Shown one piece after another: positions 35,843-46,200 of a DNA stretch of 64,000 bases. The notes beneath the pieces are model-generated. The model worked only from the letters and a program-made list of their open reading frames with translations. It searched no databases and was not told the origin of the DNA. The DNA comes from Lama glama (Eukaryota). The stretch is taken from contig CM052824.1 in the NCBI GenBank assembly GCA_028534125.1, positions 25,048,001 through 25,112,000 on the forward strand, written 5' to 3'. The translations under genes and the position numbers were made by a program. Each line of letters opens with the position of its first letter. The first letter of the stretch is position 1.

Positions 35843-36060
35843 AACAACAGGATGAAATTTAATAGGCATAAATGTAAAGTCCCATTTATGGGTTCAAAAA
35901 ATCCCAACTTCACAGGCACAAGATGAGGAAGCTTCGCTTGAACAGCAAGCGAGCAGGTGACCCTTGAATGTACCTGGCAGTTGATTCCATGTGCCCACAG
36001 CTGGCTGTCACCAAGAGAAAGTGATGCAGGCTCACTGAAGGAGGATGGTGTCCACAAGGA
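35843..36060 (+). mobile_element. CR1/L3 LINE relic (ORF2, region just after the RT core)
   Basis: From 35846 it translates NRMKFNRHKCKVPFMGSKN, matching the CR1 motif N-x-MKFN-x-x-KCKV-x-HLG. Confidence 0.85.
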
Positions 36061-36074
36061 GAAGGATGACGATG

Positions 36075-36260
36075 TTACTGTTAATAATGCATGAGAATAG
36101 CTAGGTGCTTTATGTGCATTACCATTTCATCTTTAAATTCATCCTTCGAAATAAGTCAGAGGATCTTATTTTTTTGGAAGAAAAAACGCGGGCCTGAGAG
36201 GTCCCGTTACCTGCTCAGTGTTACACTGCAGCAGAGGGGCAGGACCAGCTGGAACCCCGA
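36075..36260 (-). mobile_element. MIR SINE fragment
   Basis: CTAGGTGCTTTATGTGCATTACCATTTCATC...GGCCTGAGAGG...CTGGAACCCC. Confidence 0.65.
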
Positions 36261-36359
36261 GCTCCTGCTGTTTGGAGTAAAGCAGAGGGTCAGCGGATGA
36301 TGGAGATTCTGAGTGAAGAAATGTTGGAGGAAATGATGGCATTTATCTTGAAGGCAATT

Positions 36360-36560
36360 TTAATAACGTCTGACTTTTACATGGTTCTCACTGTGTGCCA
36401 GGCCCCATTCTAAACTGTGTGTGTGTGTGTGTACATATATCAACTCCATTATTGCCTCTGTTTTACAGGTGAGGAAACTGAGGCCCAGAGAGGTTAAATG
36501 AGTTGTGCAAGATGATACAGCTTCTAAATGGCTGAGCTGGGAATCAAACCCAGCTAGCAT
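36360..36560 (-). mobile_element. MIR SINE, near full length
   Basis: CACTGTGTGCCAGGC...TTTTACAGGTGAGGAAACTGAGGCCCAGAGAGGTTAAATGAGTTGTGCAAGAT...GAGCTGGGAATCAAACCCAG. Confidence 0.92.
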
Positions 36561-37409
36561 GGCTTAGTGTTCATAATTTCTAGACCATGCCTCCTTGGGG
36601 AGAGAATGGACTCATTGGGGTCGGGGTGGTGGGTGGGAAGGGAGCCGACTGTGCTCTTTGTTCTCTATAGCAGACTGTCTGCAGAATACTGGCTGTTGTG
36701 TTTGGATTCAGGGCAGAATCACAGCCGGTGGGTGGAAGTGTAAATGGGAGAGGGTCTACTCTCCTAAATCTGGACACCAAGTGCCTATGGAGTAGTCCAT
36801 TTGAGGGTTGGCAGTGAGCTCCCCACTCCTGGATGACTGCTTACCAGTCGGGGCTGCCTGCAGAGGCGAGAGGGTGGAGGAGACCACCTGCGTGGGGTAA
36901 ACAGACGCGGGGGGCCCACCCGGGTAGCTGGCCGGCTCCCAGTCCTTTGTTGAGGACAAGCCCAGCTTTCCTGGCACATCCCCCACCCCAGGCAGTGGTC
37001 CGTCCCCATGGACCGCTGGAGGGGAAGTGACCGGGTGTCCGCCAGGTCCAGCCTGCCCTATTAGGAAACCCTGGCTGTCAAGCCCGGCAGAACTGCTGAT
37101 GGAGGCACTAGGAACAATGCTGCGTGGGAGGGGGGCGTGTGCACGCTTTTGCTCGCCTCCTGACCCGTTGCCAGCAGTGACACACTTTATTTGTCCCCTT
37201 TGGTCCCCTGCGGGCACTCAGCCTGACTGTCGCATTTGACTCCCACTTGGGCCCCTCATCCAGCTGCAGCTTTACCTGCGGGCAGGGAAGCCAGTCAGCT
37301 GGCTCTGGTCCCTCCTGATGCCAGGGAAGTTGGGAGTACCCCATAGGTTTGCATGGCCTCTTTGGAGCACTCACCAAGGAGTCCTGGGAGCCTGGCACCT
37401 CCTCGTCTC

Positions 37410-37640
37410 AGGTCAGAGGATGGAGGCACAGAGAGGTGAAGTGACTTATTGGAGGCCACATAACCAGCAAGTACGGCTGAAGCTTTAATCAGGCTCTGGT
37501 GACTTGAAATGAGGATCATCTTGTTCAGCCTTTCGATTTTATAGATGAGGAAGCAAGACCCACATTTGTAGCTCAACCAGACAAAGGCGTCTCAAGTCCT
37601 CAGGGGCAGAGCCAGAACTAGAACCCAGGTCTCCTGTCTC
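37410..37640 (-). mobile_element. Two adjacent MIR fragments
   Basis: GGAGGCACAGAGAGGTGAAGTGACTT and TTTTATAGATGAGGAAGCAAGACCC...GGCAGAGCCAGAACTAGAACCCAGGTCTCCTG. Confidence 0.75.
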
Positions 37641-37879
37641 CAAATTCCATGTCCTCCCACTCTGCACCTCTCATCTCATTTCTGCTGCTGCTTCTCCTGC
37701 AGGGCGGGTGCAGTGACTGTGCCTCCACACAGGTTTCCTTTTGCCCGCTGCTCCTGCCACCTTCCTTGACTGCCAGTGTCTGATTATCCCAGGTGTCACT
37801 TCCTTTACCTCCCAGGACTGGTAGCAACCACTGGCTTACAGGAATTTAGCCTAGTGGAAGGAGCACAGCTTCAGCCAGG

Positions 37880-38020
37880 CAGCTTTGGGATCCAGTCCCA
37901 GGTCTTCCATTTGTGAGCTTTGTGACCTTGGGCAAGTCACTTAACCTTTCTGAGCCCTGGCTTCTCATCTGGGAGATAAGATGATTTGGACTAGATAACC
38001 TCCAGTGACCTTCCAGCCCT
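37880..38020 (+). mobile_element. MIR3/MIRc SINE
   Basis: TGTGACCTTGGGCAAGTCACTTAACCTTTCTGAGCC...TTGGACTAGATAACCTCCAG...CCTTCCAGC. Confidence 0.88.
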
Positions 38021-38573
38021 GCAGGTCTGTGATGAGTGATTTTCATGAAAGTGAGTGAGACCCACAGGGACCTATGGTTGGCGGATCATGGGAAGGGCAG
38101 GCAAGATAAGGCCTCTGTTGGGAGGTACAGGGCATGCATGTGTTTCGAGTTCTGGCTTCAGTAGAAGACTGTTACCTTGGCTTTGGGTTCTGGTAGGCAT
38201 TTGGGGCCAGGGACCCTGCCTTTCTTGGTCCCTTCTTTGCCACTTCTTCTTTCTCTGCACCCCTGCTGTGGGCGTGGACACTTTATCCTCTGTGGTGACC
38301 ACCCAGGGTAGAGTGGTTGCTGGAGGAGGGTTGGCCAGCTGATTGGCATGGCCTTGGGTCAGGGATGACAGCTGGGCACAGGCAGGTGTCAAATCCTGCA
38401 ACCTCCCCCCTGGATTGGATGCCTCTGGATTTTGTTGTGGGAGGAACTCAAACCCTGTTCTTGGGCCTGAGAGGTCTCTATTCCACATTAGGTCACAGGT
38501 GTGAGGGGCAGGGAGGAGTGTCAGAGTAAAACCAGGAGTCTTTGCCCTTTTGTCACTGTTCAGTCTTGAAGTT

Positions 38574-38611
38574 GTGTTGGCTGTTTACATGGGTGTTGGC
38601 TGTTTACATGG
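38574..38611. repeat. Perfect 19-bp tandem duplication (GTGTTGGCTGTTTACATGG x2)
   Basis: Copies at 38574-38592 and 38593-38611. Confidence 0.97.
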
Positions 38612-40006
38612 CTTTCATTCTTTGGTTTTTGCCTTGGCTGTGAAGTTACACTATTTTCTGAACTAATCCTGTTTCATGTAACCTGAACCCAAGTATCTGG
38701 CCACGAAGGGCAAGCTATTTTTTCCCCCTCTTCCTTAACAAAGGATATCCTAGACTGCAGCATCTGGAAATGATTTGGCATCTGGTTTAAGTATGAGTGC
38801 ATGCATGCACAAACTTCTGTAATATAACATGGCCTTACCCAGATAATATGCCTTTGTCTTTCCAACCAGGCATATACCTGTGCTTCTTTCTGTATAGATG
38901 ACTTTACATTTGGAGGTCATTATATTGGGACATTTGCTTATGTGTGTAAACATGTATAAACCTTTATTTCTACTTAGAATGAGGAAATTATCAAGGGCTT
39001 GATGTATAGAAAAGTGCTTGCATTGATGGATTTTGATGTATTTTTTTTTGCAAAGTTTAATAAAACATTTAACGGTGCCTTCGGTGACTGTAATGAGCTG
39101 TTTCCACATTATTCCCAGGCTCATCCCAGGACTCCTGCCCCCACTACCAGTGTGGTGATCCCTCAACCCAGAGTTGGGTGCTCCAGAGAGATGGCCTGGT
39201 TCGAGGCAGCCCTTATTGGCCATCTGTTAATGGTGTCTCTTCACTGCCTTGTGTTGGCATGGGTGGGAGTCTGTCCTGGAGGATTTTGGGGCTGGTTGTG
39301 TCCTTCAGATCTGGGCTCAGGGAAAGAATGTGTTGACTGCACAAGGTTGGAGCTGTTGGTTGTACTGAGATTTGTGCTGTGTCAGCAAGTAGAGCCTGTG
39401 TCCTTACCTTGAGGGGGTTAGGCAGGGAGCTCGGAGCACTTCTGTCCAACCTGGTGGAGGATGGACGGGGAGAGGTGAGTGAGATGACCAATGATGGCAG
39501 AGGCAGACACCCCCCTCCCTTCCCCTGTGAACAAGGCCTTTGCTCCCCATTGCCCCAAGGGACCATGGTAGGCTGATATATAGCAACATCTTAGACTCAA
39601 TACCGGGAAGACTGGTAACCACAGGGGTGAGTGAAGCAGGAATGGATCTTGGTGGAGGCAAGCAAGGCTGGACAGGTGACTCCTGGGGCTTGTTATTAAA
39701 TTCTCCCTGAACTCCAGGTTAAGGTGGGGGTGTAAGATAAGGTAGGGTTGGTAACACTCCCTCATGGTCACCTGTAATCCACGTTCGCCTGGCACCAGTG
39801 CCCCCTGGGGTAGCCTCCTCCGTGGTGGCAGCAGTTAACATTTATTGATTTTTGCTTTTTTCTGTTGACAGTGGAGTTTGGCCCAGGTCTCCTGCTGGCT
39901 CAGGTCTGATGGAGAGCCCAGCGATGAGAGCCCTTGAGAGCAGTTTCTGAGACTGTTTTTCAGGCCTGCCCTCTCTGCCTTGGGGGCTGTCTGCGACGGG
40001 AGTGAT

Positions 40007-40010
<4 letters not shown>

Positions 40011-40043
<33 letters not shown>

Positions 40044-40074
40044 GAGAGAGAGAGAGAGAGTGTGTGTGTGTGTG
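40011..40074. repeat. Compound microsatellite (AG)15-GT-(AG)9-(TG)7
   Basis: Read directly from the sequence. Confidence 0.97.
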
Positions 40075-41664
40075 TTAGGGGCCGTATGATACACCAGGGT
40101 ACTTTTATAACCCGGCAGGTGTAACCCTGGATTGTTTGGGATGTACAGCCCCTTAGTGTGTGTTGAGGACTCTCCCCGCAGCTTATGGAGCGTGTGATCA
40201 AAACCCACCTGAAAATCAGCAATCCAGGGTTCCTCTTCCCTGCCGACCCTGGCCCTAGTCGCCTAACAGGAATTGTGAGGTGAGGACAGCCAACCAGGGG
40301 TCAGGGAGAAGTGCAGCTGTTTTGTGTAGAGCATTGGCTGCCGTGTCATCCAGATTCTAAGAAGCTGGGGGCTCCCTGCTTGAAACTGTGCTTTGGAACA
40401 GTTGACAGGGAGCTGGATCCCTGAATTGGGTCCGGAAAATGTCCGTTTCTGGTGAGCCCTCACGGAGCCTGTGGTTTCCTTGAGGCTTGTTCAACTCGCC
40501 TGTAGCCTGGGGCCTGGGCTGAGCCTTGGGGCCCTGAGGGAGGCAGAGGCCCTGACAATGGGCCACGTGTGGTTGAGAGCCCCAGCCTGGCCAGCCAGCC
40601 TGCTGCCTCCAAAGCAGAACTCAGTATTGATTGTGCAGGAGGCCCAGTCACAAGCAGTAATCCTTGCTCCGCGGCCGGCTTGCTCCTTGAAAGGAGAGAG
40701 GAATCGGATCTGTCCTTAGTACAACATGCCTTGAAAAATGCATCTTGATTTAAGATTCAGCTTTTTGCAGCATATTTTAAAATGTCAGAGAGATAAATAT
40801 GCAGCTTTTCTAATGTGTCTGCCTTGAACAGCCTTTAAAAAAAATTCTATCATTTATCCTCAGGGTCACTGGTGTGTTCAAACTTGCCCCCACCCTCCTG
40901 CCTTTGATGGTGTGGTGTGTCCATCTCTCTTCCATGAGCAGAGTGTTGGTGGGGATTGGGGACTGGACTCAAAGTCCAGGAGATATGTTTGTTTCCCCAG
41001 TTTTAAAGCTTGTAGAGGCATACAGAGAGTTTCTGAATTTTTTTTTTTTGGAAATTTATTGATGGACATGCAGAACAGACACTGACTTTTAGCTGCTTCC
41101 ATCCAGGACCCTTTCACTTCCCATGAAAACCCACCAGCCAGAGGACAAAAGAGGGAAATGCATACTCCAGCCCCTGCACTCCGAGATGGGCAAGCACTGG
41201 CTCCCGTGACAGTAGAACCCAGAGGAGGGTGGGCCTGGGTGAGGGCAAACCCATTCCTGTGGTGCTGCCTTTAGCCAGCACTTCCCTTCCAAGGTTGGGG
41301 TCATGGCACCTTCTAAGTTCAGTTCACATTTGGAAGGGGGCTGGGCCATAGGTGAAGGAGATTCTGCCAGAGGGTGAATTGATCTGTGGGGTTTATATCC
41401 TGTTGTCATTGTGTGTGGGTTTTATCAGGATACCCTGGCAAGTCAGCTGGTGACTTTTCTCCCAGAAGGAATTGGAGGAACCCCAGGGTCTTTGAAGATG
41501 TGAGTGAGGATGTCAAGACATTGTTACTCTGAGAAACTTAGAAACCCCAGTGGGCAAAGCAGCCTTCCACCTGAGGAAGAGCTGACCTGGGAGCTTCTGG
41601 TTTGACAGGTAGCCAGGCAAGGCTAGGCCTGGAAGGAACCTGGAGGAGTCTCTCCACCCTAGCT

Positions 41665-41790
41665 TGCACCAGTATGTAGATGAGGAAGTGGAGGCCTAGA
41701 GAAGGTCAGGGACTTGGCCAAGGTCACACAGACAATCAGTGGCTGAGCCAGAACCGGAGCCCAGCCCTGGTATGCTGACCCCAGTCAGGT
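41665..41790 (-). mobile_element. MIR SINE fragment
   Basis: AGATGAGGAAGTGGAGGCCTAGAGAAGG...GACTTGGCCAAGGTCACACAG...AGTGGCTGAGCCAG. Confidence 0.82.
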
Positions 41791-42586
41791 TTTCCCCACC
41801 TTGATTTGCTATCTCAGGTGGGCCTTGCTGGTGACTCAAGCACATGAACAGAGCTCTAACCAGACACTGGCCTCAGGCAGAGCTGCCTGCCCTATTCTGG
41901 GTCAGAGGGGTAGTTCTCTGGGGATTGTCCCTTTGGCATTGTGGACATTGCCTGTGCTCATTGGTCCCCCTGCTGGGTTCCCGGTGTGTTGCTCTCAGGG
42001 TGCAGGGAGAGACAATGGGAGGGTGGGAGGCATCTCCCTGCATGGATCTGTCTGGGTATGAGGTCAAGATGGCTGTGGAGCAGAAGGGGGAGACTCCGAG
42101 GTAAAAGCCCCCTTTCTCCTTCTCAGTCCCTCTAGTTGCTTTTCTTCTTCCCCCCAAAACCATTTTGAGGATCATAACATTTATCATGAGCTTTATTATG
42201 GGAGACTTCTTCATGTTTAAAAATAAACGCAGGCATACAGAACTATATTTGGTATAAGGAAGTCTTTTGCATATAAATGTACTTAAAGGACAACTGCTTT
42301 CTTTATTTAAGAAGCAGGGTGGGCCCCAGCTAGAGGGAGCACATGGGGGTAGGTGCTGAAGGGACCCTGAGGTCTGCCTTGCTCAGGACGGTTGGGTTAT
42401 AGCCTTGAGTCCTGTTGAATCTGCTATCCTTTCCCCGGGGACAATTGCAGAACAGGATAACTGGTACTTAAAAATTCATAGAAAATGTTCTTATCACAAC
42501 GTCATAATTGTTATGACTCAAAAGTAGAATTGCCATTCCACTATGCCTGTCTGCCCTCACTTTTGTTGCCTCCCGAGTCCCCAGCA

Positions 42587-42732
42587 NNNNNNNNNNNNNN
42601 NNNNNNNNNNNNNNNNNNNNNNNNNNNNNNNNNNNNNNNNNNNNNNNNNNNNNNNNNNNNNNNNNNNNNNNNNNNNNNNNNNNNNNNNNNNNNNNNNNNN
42701 NNNNNNNNNNNNNNNNNNNNNNNNNNNNNNNN
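42587..42732. other. Assembly gap (146 N)
   Basis: Run of N. Confidence 0.99.
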
Positions 42733-43449
42733 TTGATGGCTGTCAGGGGCGGGCAGGGTGGCAGATTGCAGAGGGGGAAGTGGACAGATGATGCCATGGC
42801 TTTCGGGGGACTTTAGGAGAACCTAGGCCTTGAAAGGAGCTTGATGGTAAACAAAGCAGATAGAACTCTGCTTTGCCCCTACCTTTTTCTTCTTTTCTTT
42901 TCCTCCCTTTTCTGTTGAACGTCAGGAAGTAGAGGAGGTACCCCACTCCATCAGCACATCCCAGGAGTATCGCTTTTGATTGTGACCATCAGGTATGAGC
43001 CTAGAGAGAGGCTGGACCCAAGAGGGCGTGCCTCCATCCCAGGTGTCTGCTTAGAAACCTGGAGGCTCTTCTGTCACGTCGCCTGTTGGTAGAAGCCCCA
43101 TATACATCCTCCACCTTCTCCTCTGGCTGTTTCCTGGATCTGAGAACCAAACAGGGAGGACCAACTCTTAGGGCAAATCACGCCTACTGTACGATCTGGG
43201 CTACTTCAGATTATGTTTCCAGAGGGCTTCCCAGCTAATCCTTGTGTATTTTCACTGGTGGAAACAAATGGTATCAGACTCACAGGCCTGTTTACAGACG
43301 GGGAGACACGGGAATGATGGAAGAGCTTTGAATTTTAAACATTAGCTAATGAAATTGCAGACGGGGCCACTGGGTGGAACGGCCTGGCTATTCCTAGGAA
43401 ACACTTCTCCTTCAGCTGCGGGGGAGAAGCCGGCCGGGCTCGCTCATGA

Positions 43450-43750
43450 GCTCCGCAGACATTTATGGAGCCCCTTCCCTGTGCCAGGAGCTGCGTGAAG
43501 TAAGAACTCTAGGAGTCCTGTGTTGGGCTGTCCCAGCCCAGTTAAATAGAGAGTGAACAGGCTCGAAGGGGCTGCAGTGGGGACTGCAGGAGCAGAGGAA
43601 CAGCTTAGGATGCCAGAAATTTTCTGCAGGGAGGAGGGCGAGTCTGAGCTCACTGAGTAGGAGGGAAAGGAGCCTGACCTGGCTAAAAAAGGGAAAGCAC
43701 TCGGGGAGGGGAGGGCATTCCAGGCAGATGCTGTCGGGGGCATGTTGAGG
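43450..43750 (-). mobile_element. L2 LINE fragment
   Basis: CAGACATTTATGGAGCCCC...TGTGCCAGG...GAGGGCATTCCAGGCAGA. Confidence 0.6.
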
Positions 43751-44259
43751 GGAGCCGGAGGTGAGCCTGGAGTTCTGTGTCTCCCCCTTGAGAGGACTGG
43801 GCAGGATGGTGGGAGGCTGGAGTTCGTCATTTCCCCTGCCTCTGCCTCCCCCTCTCAGTGCCGCTCCTGTGCAGTTGTGTCAGAGACAGGACTGGCTGTT
43901 CATTCATCTGCTAATTGTTTTGATAAGAGACTCTAATTATCCTCTATGATCATCAGATTACCCTGAGCTCTAGGAGGGAGATTTGAGTTTGAGCTGCTGT
44001 GGCAGCCATCAGCAGCACCAGTTTGCTAAACGGGACCCAGTGGTAGCACCTGGCCCCCTGTGTTTGGTTCCCAGTTGGTGCCCACAAAGCTGTTGCATGA
44101 TGGGGTCACAGGGGCCTGGGGGTGGACCCTGGAAATCCACCCAAAAGCACAACCCCGGGATGTCAAGCAGGACTTTCCTTTGGATTATCTTTGCCACTGT
44201 GTTAAGTCCACAGATAAGAGGTTTGGTTCTAGGGATTTCAAAATAAGGTGAGGAGTGTG

Positions 44260-44520
44260 GAGAAAATCAGAGAAGAAGCAGTAATGCCTCTAATGAATTG
44301 ACATCAGCAGTCAAGACAAATTCAAATGCCTTTTGGGCCATTTGATTAAGTTCTACTTACATGTTATTTGGTATAAAGAGAGCAACAGGCCAAAAACAAC
44401 CAGGAAGGCAGATTATAAATTAATCCAGTCATTGACTCCTCCAGCAAAGGTAATGTGGAATGATGGCATCCTAATTGATCTGATACGGACTTTTACATCA
44501 GTGGGAGCTGCAAAGTAAGG
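44260..44520. promoter_or_regulatory. Candidate conserved non-coding enhancer, rich in homeodomain motifs
   Basis: Repeat-free A/T-rich block in GC-richer context with TAATG x3, TGACA, TGATTAA, TAATCC and TAATTG. Function inferred, conservation not measured. Confidence 0.5.
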
Positions 44521-45129
44521 GAGCATATATTCTTGGGATGAGTGACTGTGACTGGCCCATGGGAAAATTTGGTGTGGTGTGTGTCATCTTTCCCCTCACA
44601 GGGCTTGATGGAAGGGCTGACTCCACCCTCAGCACCTCAGTCTCTCTTCATTCAAGCAATGTCTGTAGATCCAGAAGGAGCTGGGGAGCCTGGTGAGAGC
44701 TGAGCTAGGAAAGTGCAGCTCCATCCTGCCTTCTCCCCGTGAGATCAGAGACTCCCTAGAAAAGGACGGACCTCAGCTGTTGGGTCTGGCTGGGATTTGG
44801 AGAGGTGGGCAGGCCATTGTTCGGTCCTGGTCCAAGACACTGGCTGCTGTGTGTGCAGGTGTCTGCGGTGCTGTCTTCCCGTTGACACAGTGGCACTGTA
44901 GTCAGTGATCACTCAGTTCCCTTTTGACTCTACTCTCTGAAGCTCCTTTATTCTTGAGCCGCCTTCTCTCACCAGAGCAGACAGCCAGAGAACTTAAGTC
45001 CGGCTCTCCTTGGTGCCCCGGCTCCGGTTGGTCCCGATGTACTTTCCCACCTCCTGGAAGAGCAGGGCTTTCCACCTGGCATGCTCCCTTTGTCTCCACG
45101 TTTGGGGCTCAGCTAGCTGGGAAGTTTGG

Positions 45130-45470
45130 CAACACGTCAGGCCGTATATCTTGGAAACCGCCCTCCAGAAACAACCTCGTTTAGCAGATTTACTGACGTA
45201 TTGGGCCTGCCTGTTCTCGGGGGCCGCCATCCTAAATCAAAGCAGGTCCACTGGACTTGGATGGCTCAATGCAGAACTTTTCAAAAAATTTCAGGCAGGA
45301 TGTATCACTGCCCCATTAACTCCCTGCCATTAATCTGCTTCTCCTAAAAACCTGGAGTTTTCCCAAAAAGACTGGAACGTGGTGAAAAACGGACCCATTT
45401 GGTAAATTCTGTAAATCAGGCGGGTTTTCTCTCCTCGCTCCCCGGCGGGCTTGCCTCCATCGCCTTGGTG
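45130..45470. promoter_or_regulatory. Candidate enhancer (TCF/LEF, YY1, CRE-like and homeobox motifs; CpG retained)
   Basis: TGACGT 45194, GCCGCCATC 45223, ATCAAAG 45236, CCATTAA at 45313 and 45327; no recognisable repeat. Confidence 0.45.
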
Positions 45471-46054
45471 ACAGGATGCCACGTAGGTGGGTGAAGCTGC
45501 AACCTCACAGGGTTTCCGGGGAGCGTTCTGGGGATGAACAGTCGTCGGGCCTTGTTGCTCTTTAGGCCACCCTGACCTGTGGGGTCTCTGCGTGAACAGT
45601 GTTCTCTGGGTGGGGATTGGGGCCACCATCAGGAGTGGATACAGGAACTGTTGTGGGCCCCTCAGGGGTACAAAGGCTGAGCTGGGCTCTGATCTTGCTG
45701 AGGGGATGGGGCCATACCAAGGACTGTCTGGAAGGGGCAGACCCCTTCCCTTAGTCTTCCTGTTTGCTGAAGAGGGACTTGGATGCTGGGGCTTATCCAC
45801 CGCCCTAAAGACGAGTGAGCATCCATCCACACTTCTGGTTCCCATGCCTAGAAGCATCCTTCTTTCAGAAGAAGATGGTACCTAGGAGCTGGGATTTTAG
45901 AGCTCACAGACCTGGGGTTGAACACCAGTTTTGTTGGTCACTGACCTCAGGCATTCAGGGGCATTGAAAAAGAAAAGATATGACCTGGAAGAGAGAGGGG
46001 CCTAGGCTGAGCACCAAAGGAAGAACAAGTAGGGACAGCTGTGGTCTCCAAGAA

Positions 46055-46200
46055 ACAAGTCCCCCATCTCTGCCTCCTCCATTCTGCGTCCGTAAAATGG
46101 GGATGAAGCACCTTCTGCGAGCCTGCTGGAGAGTTAATTGATTTAATACTTGTGAAATGTTTAGGATAATATCTGGTGCAAGTTCTGTAAATGATACTCA
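46055..46200 (+). mobile_element. MIR SINE fragment
   Basis: GTCCGTAAAATGGGGATGAAGCACC...TTAATTGATTTAATACTTGTGAAATGTTTAG. Confidence 0.7.
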
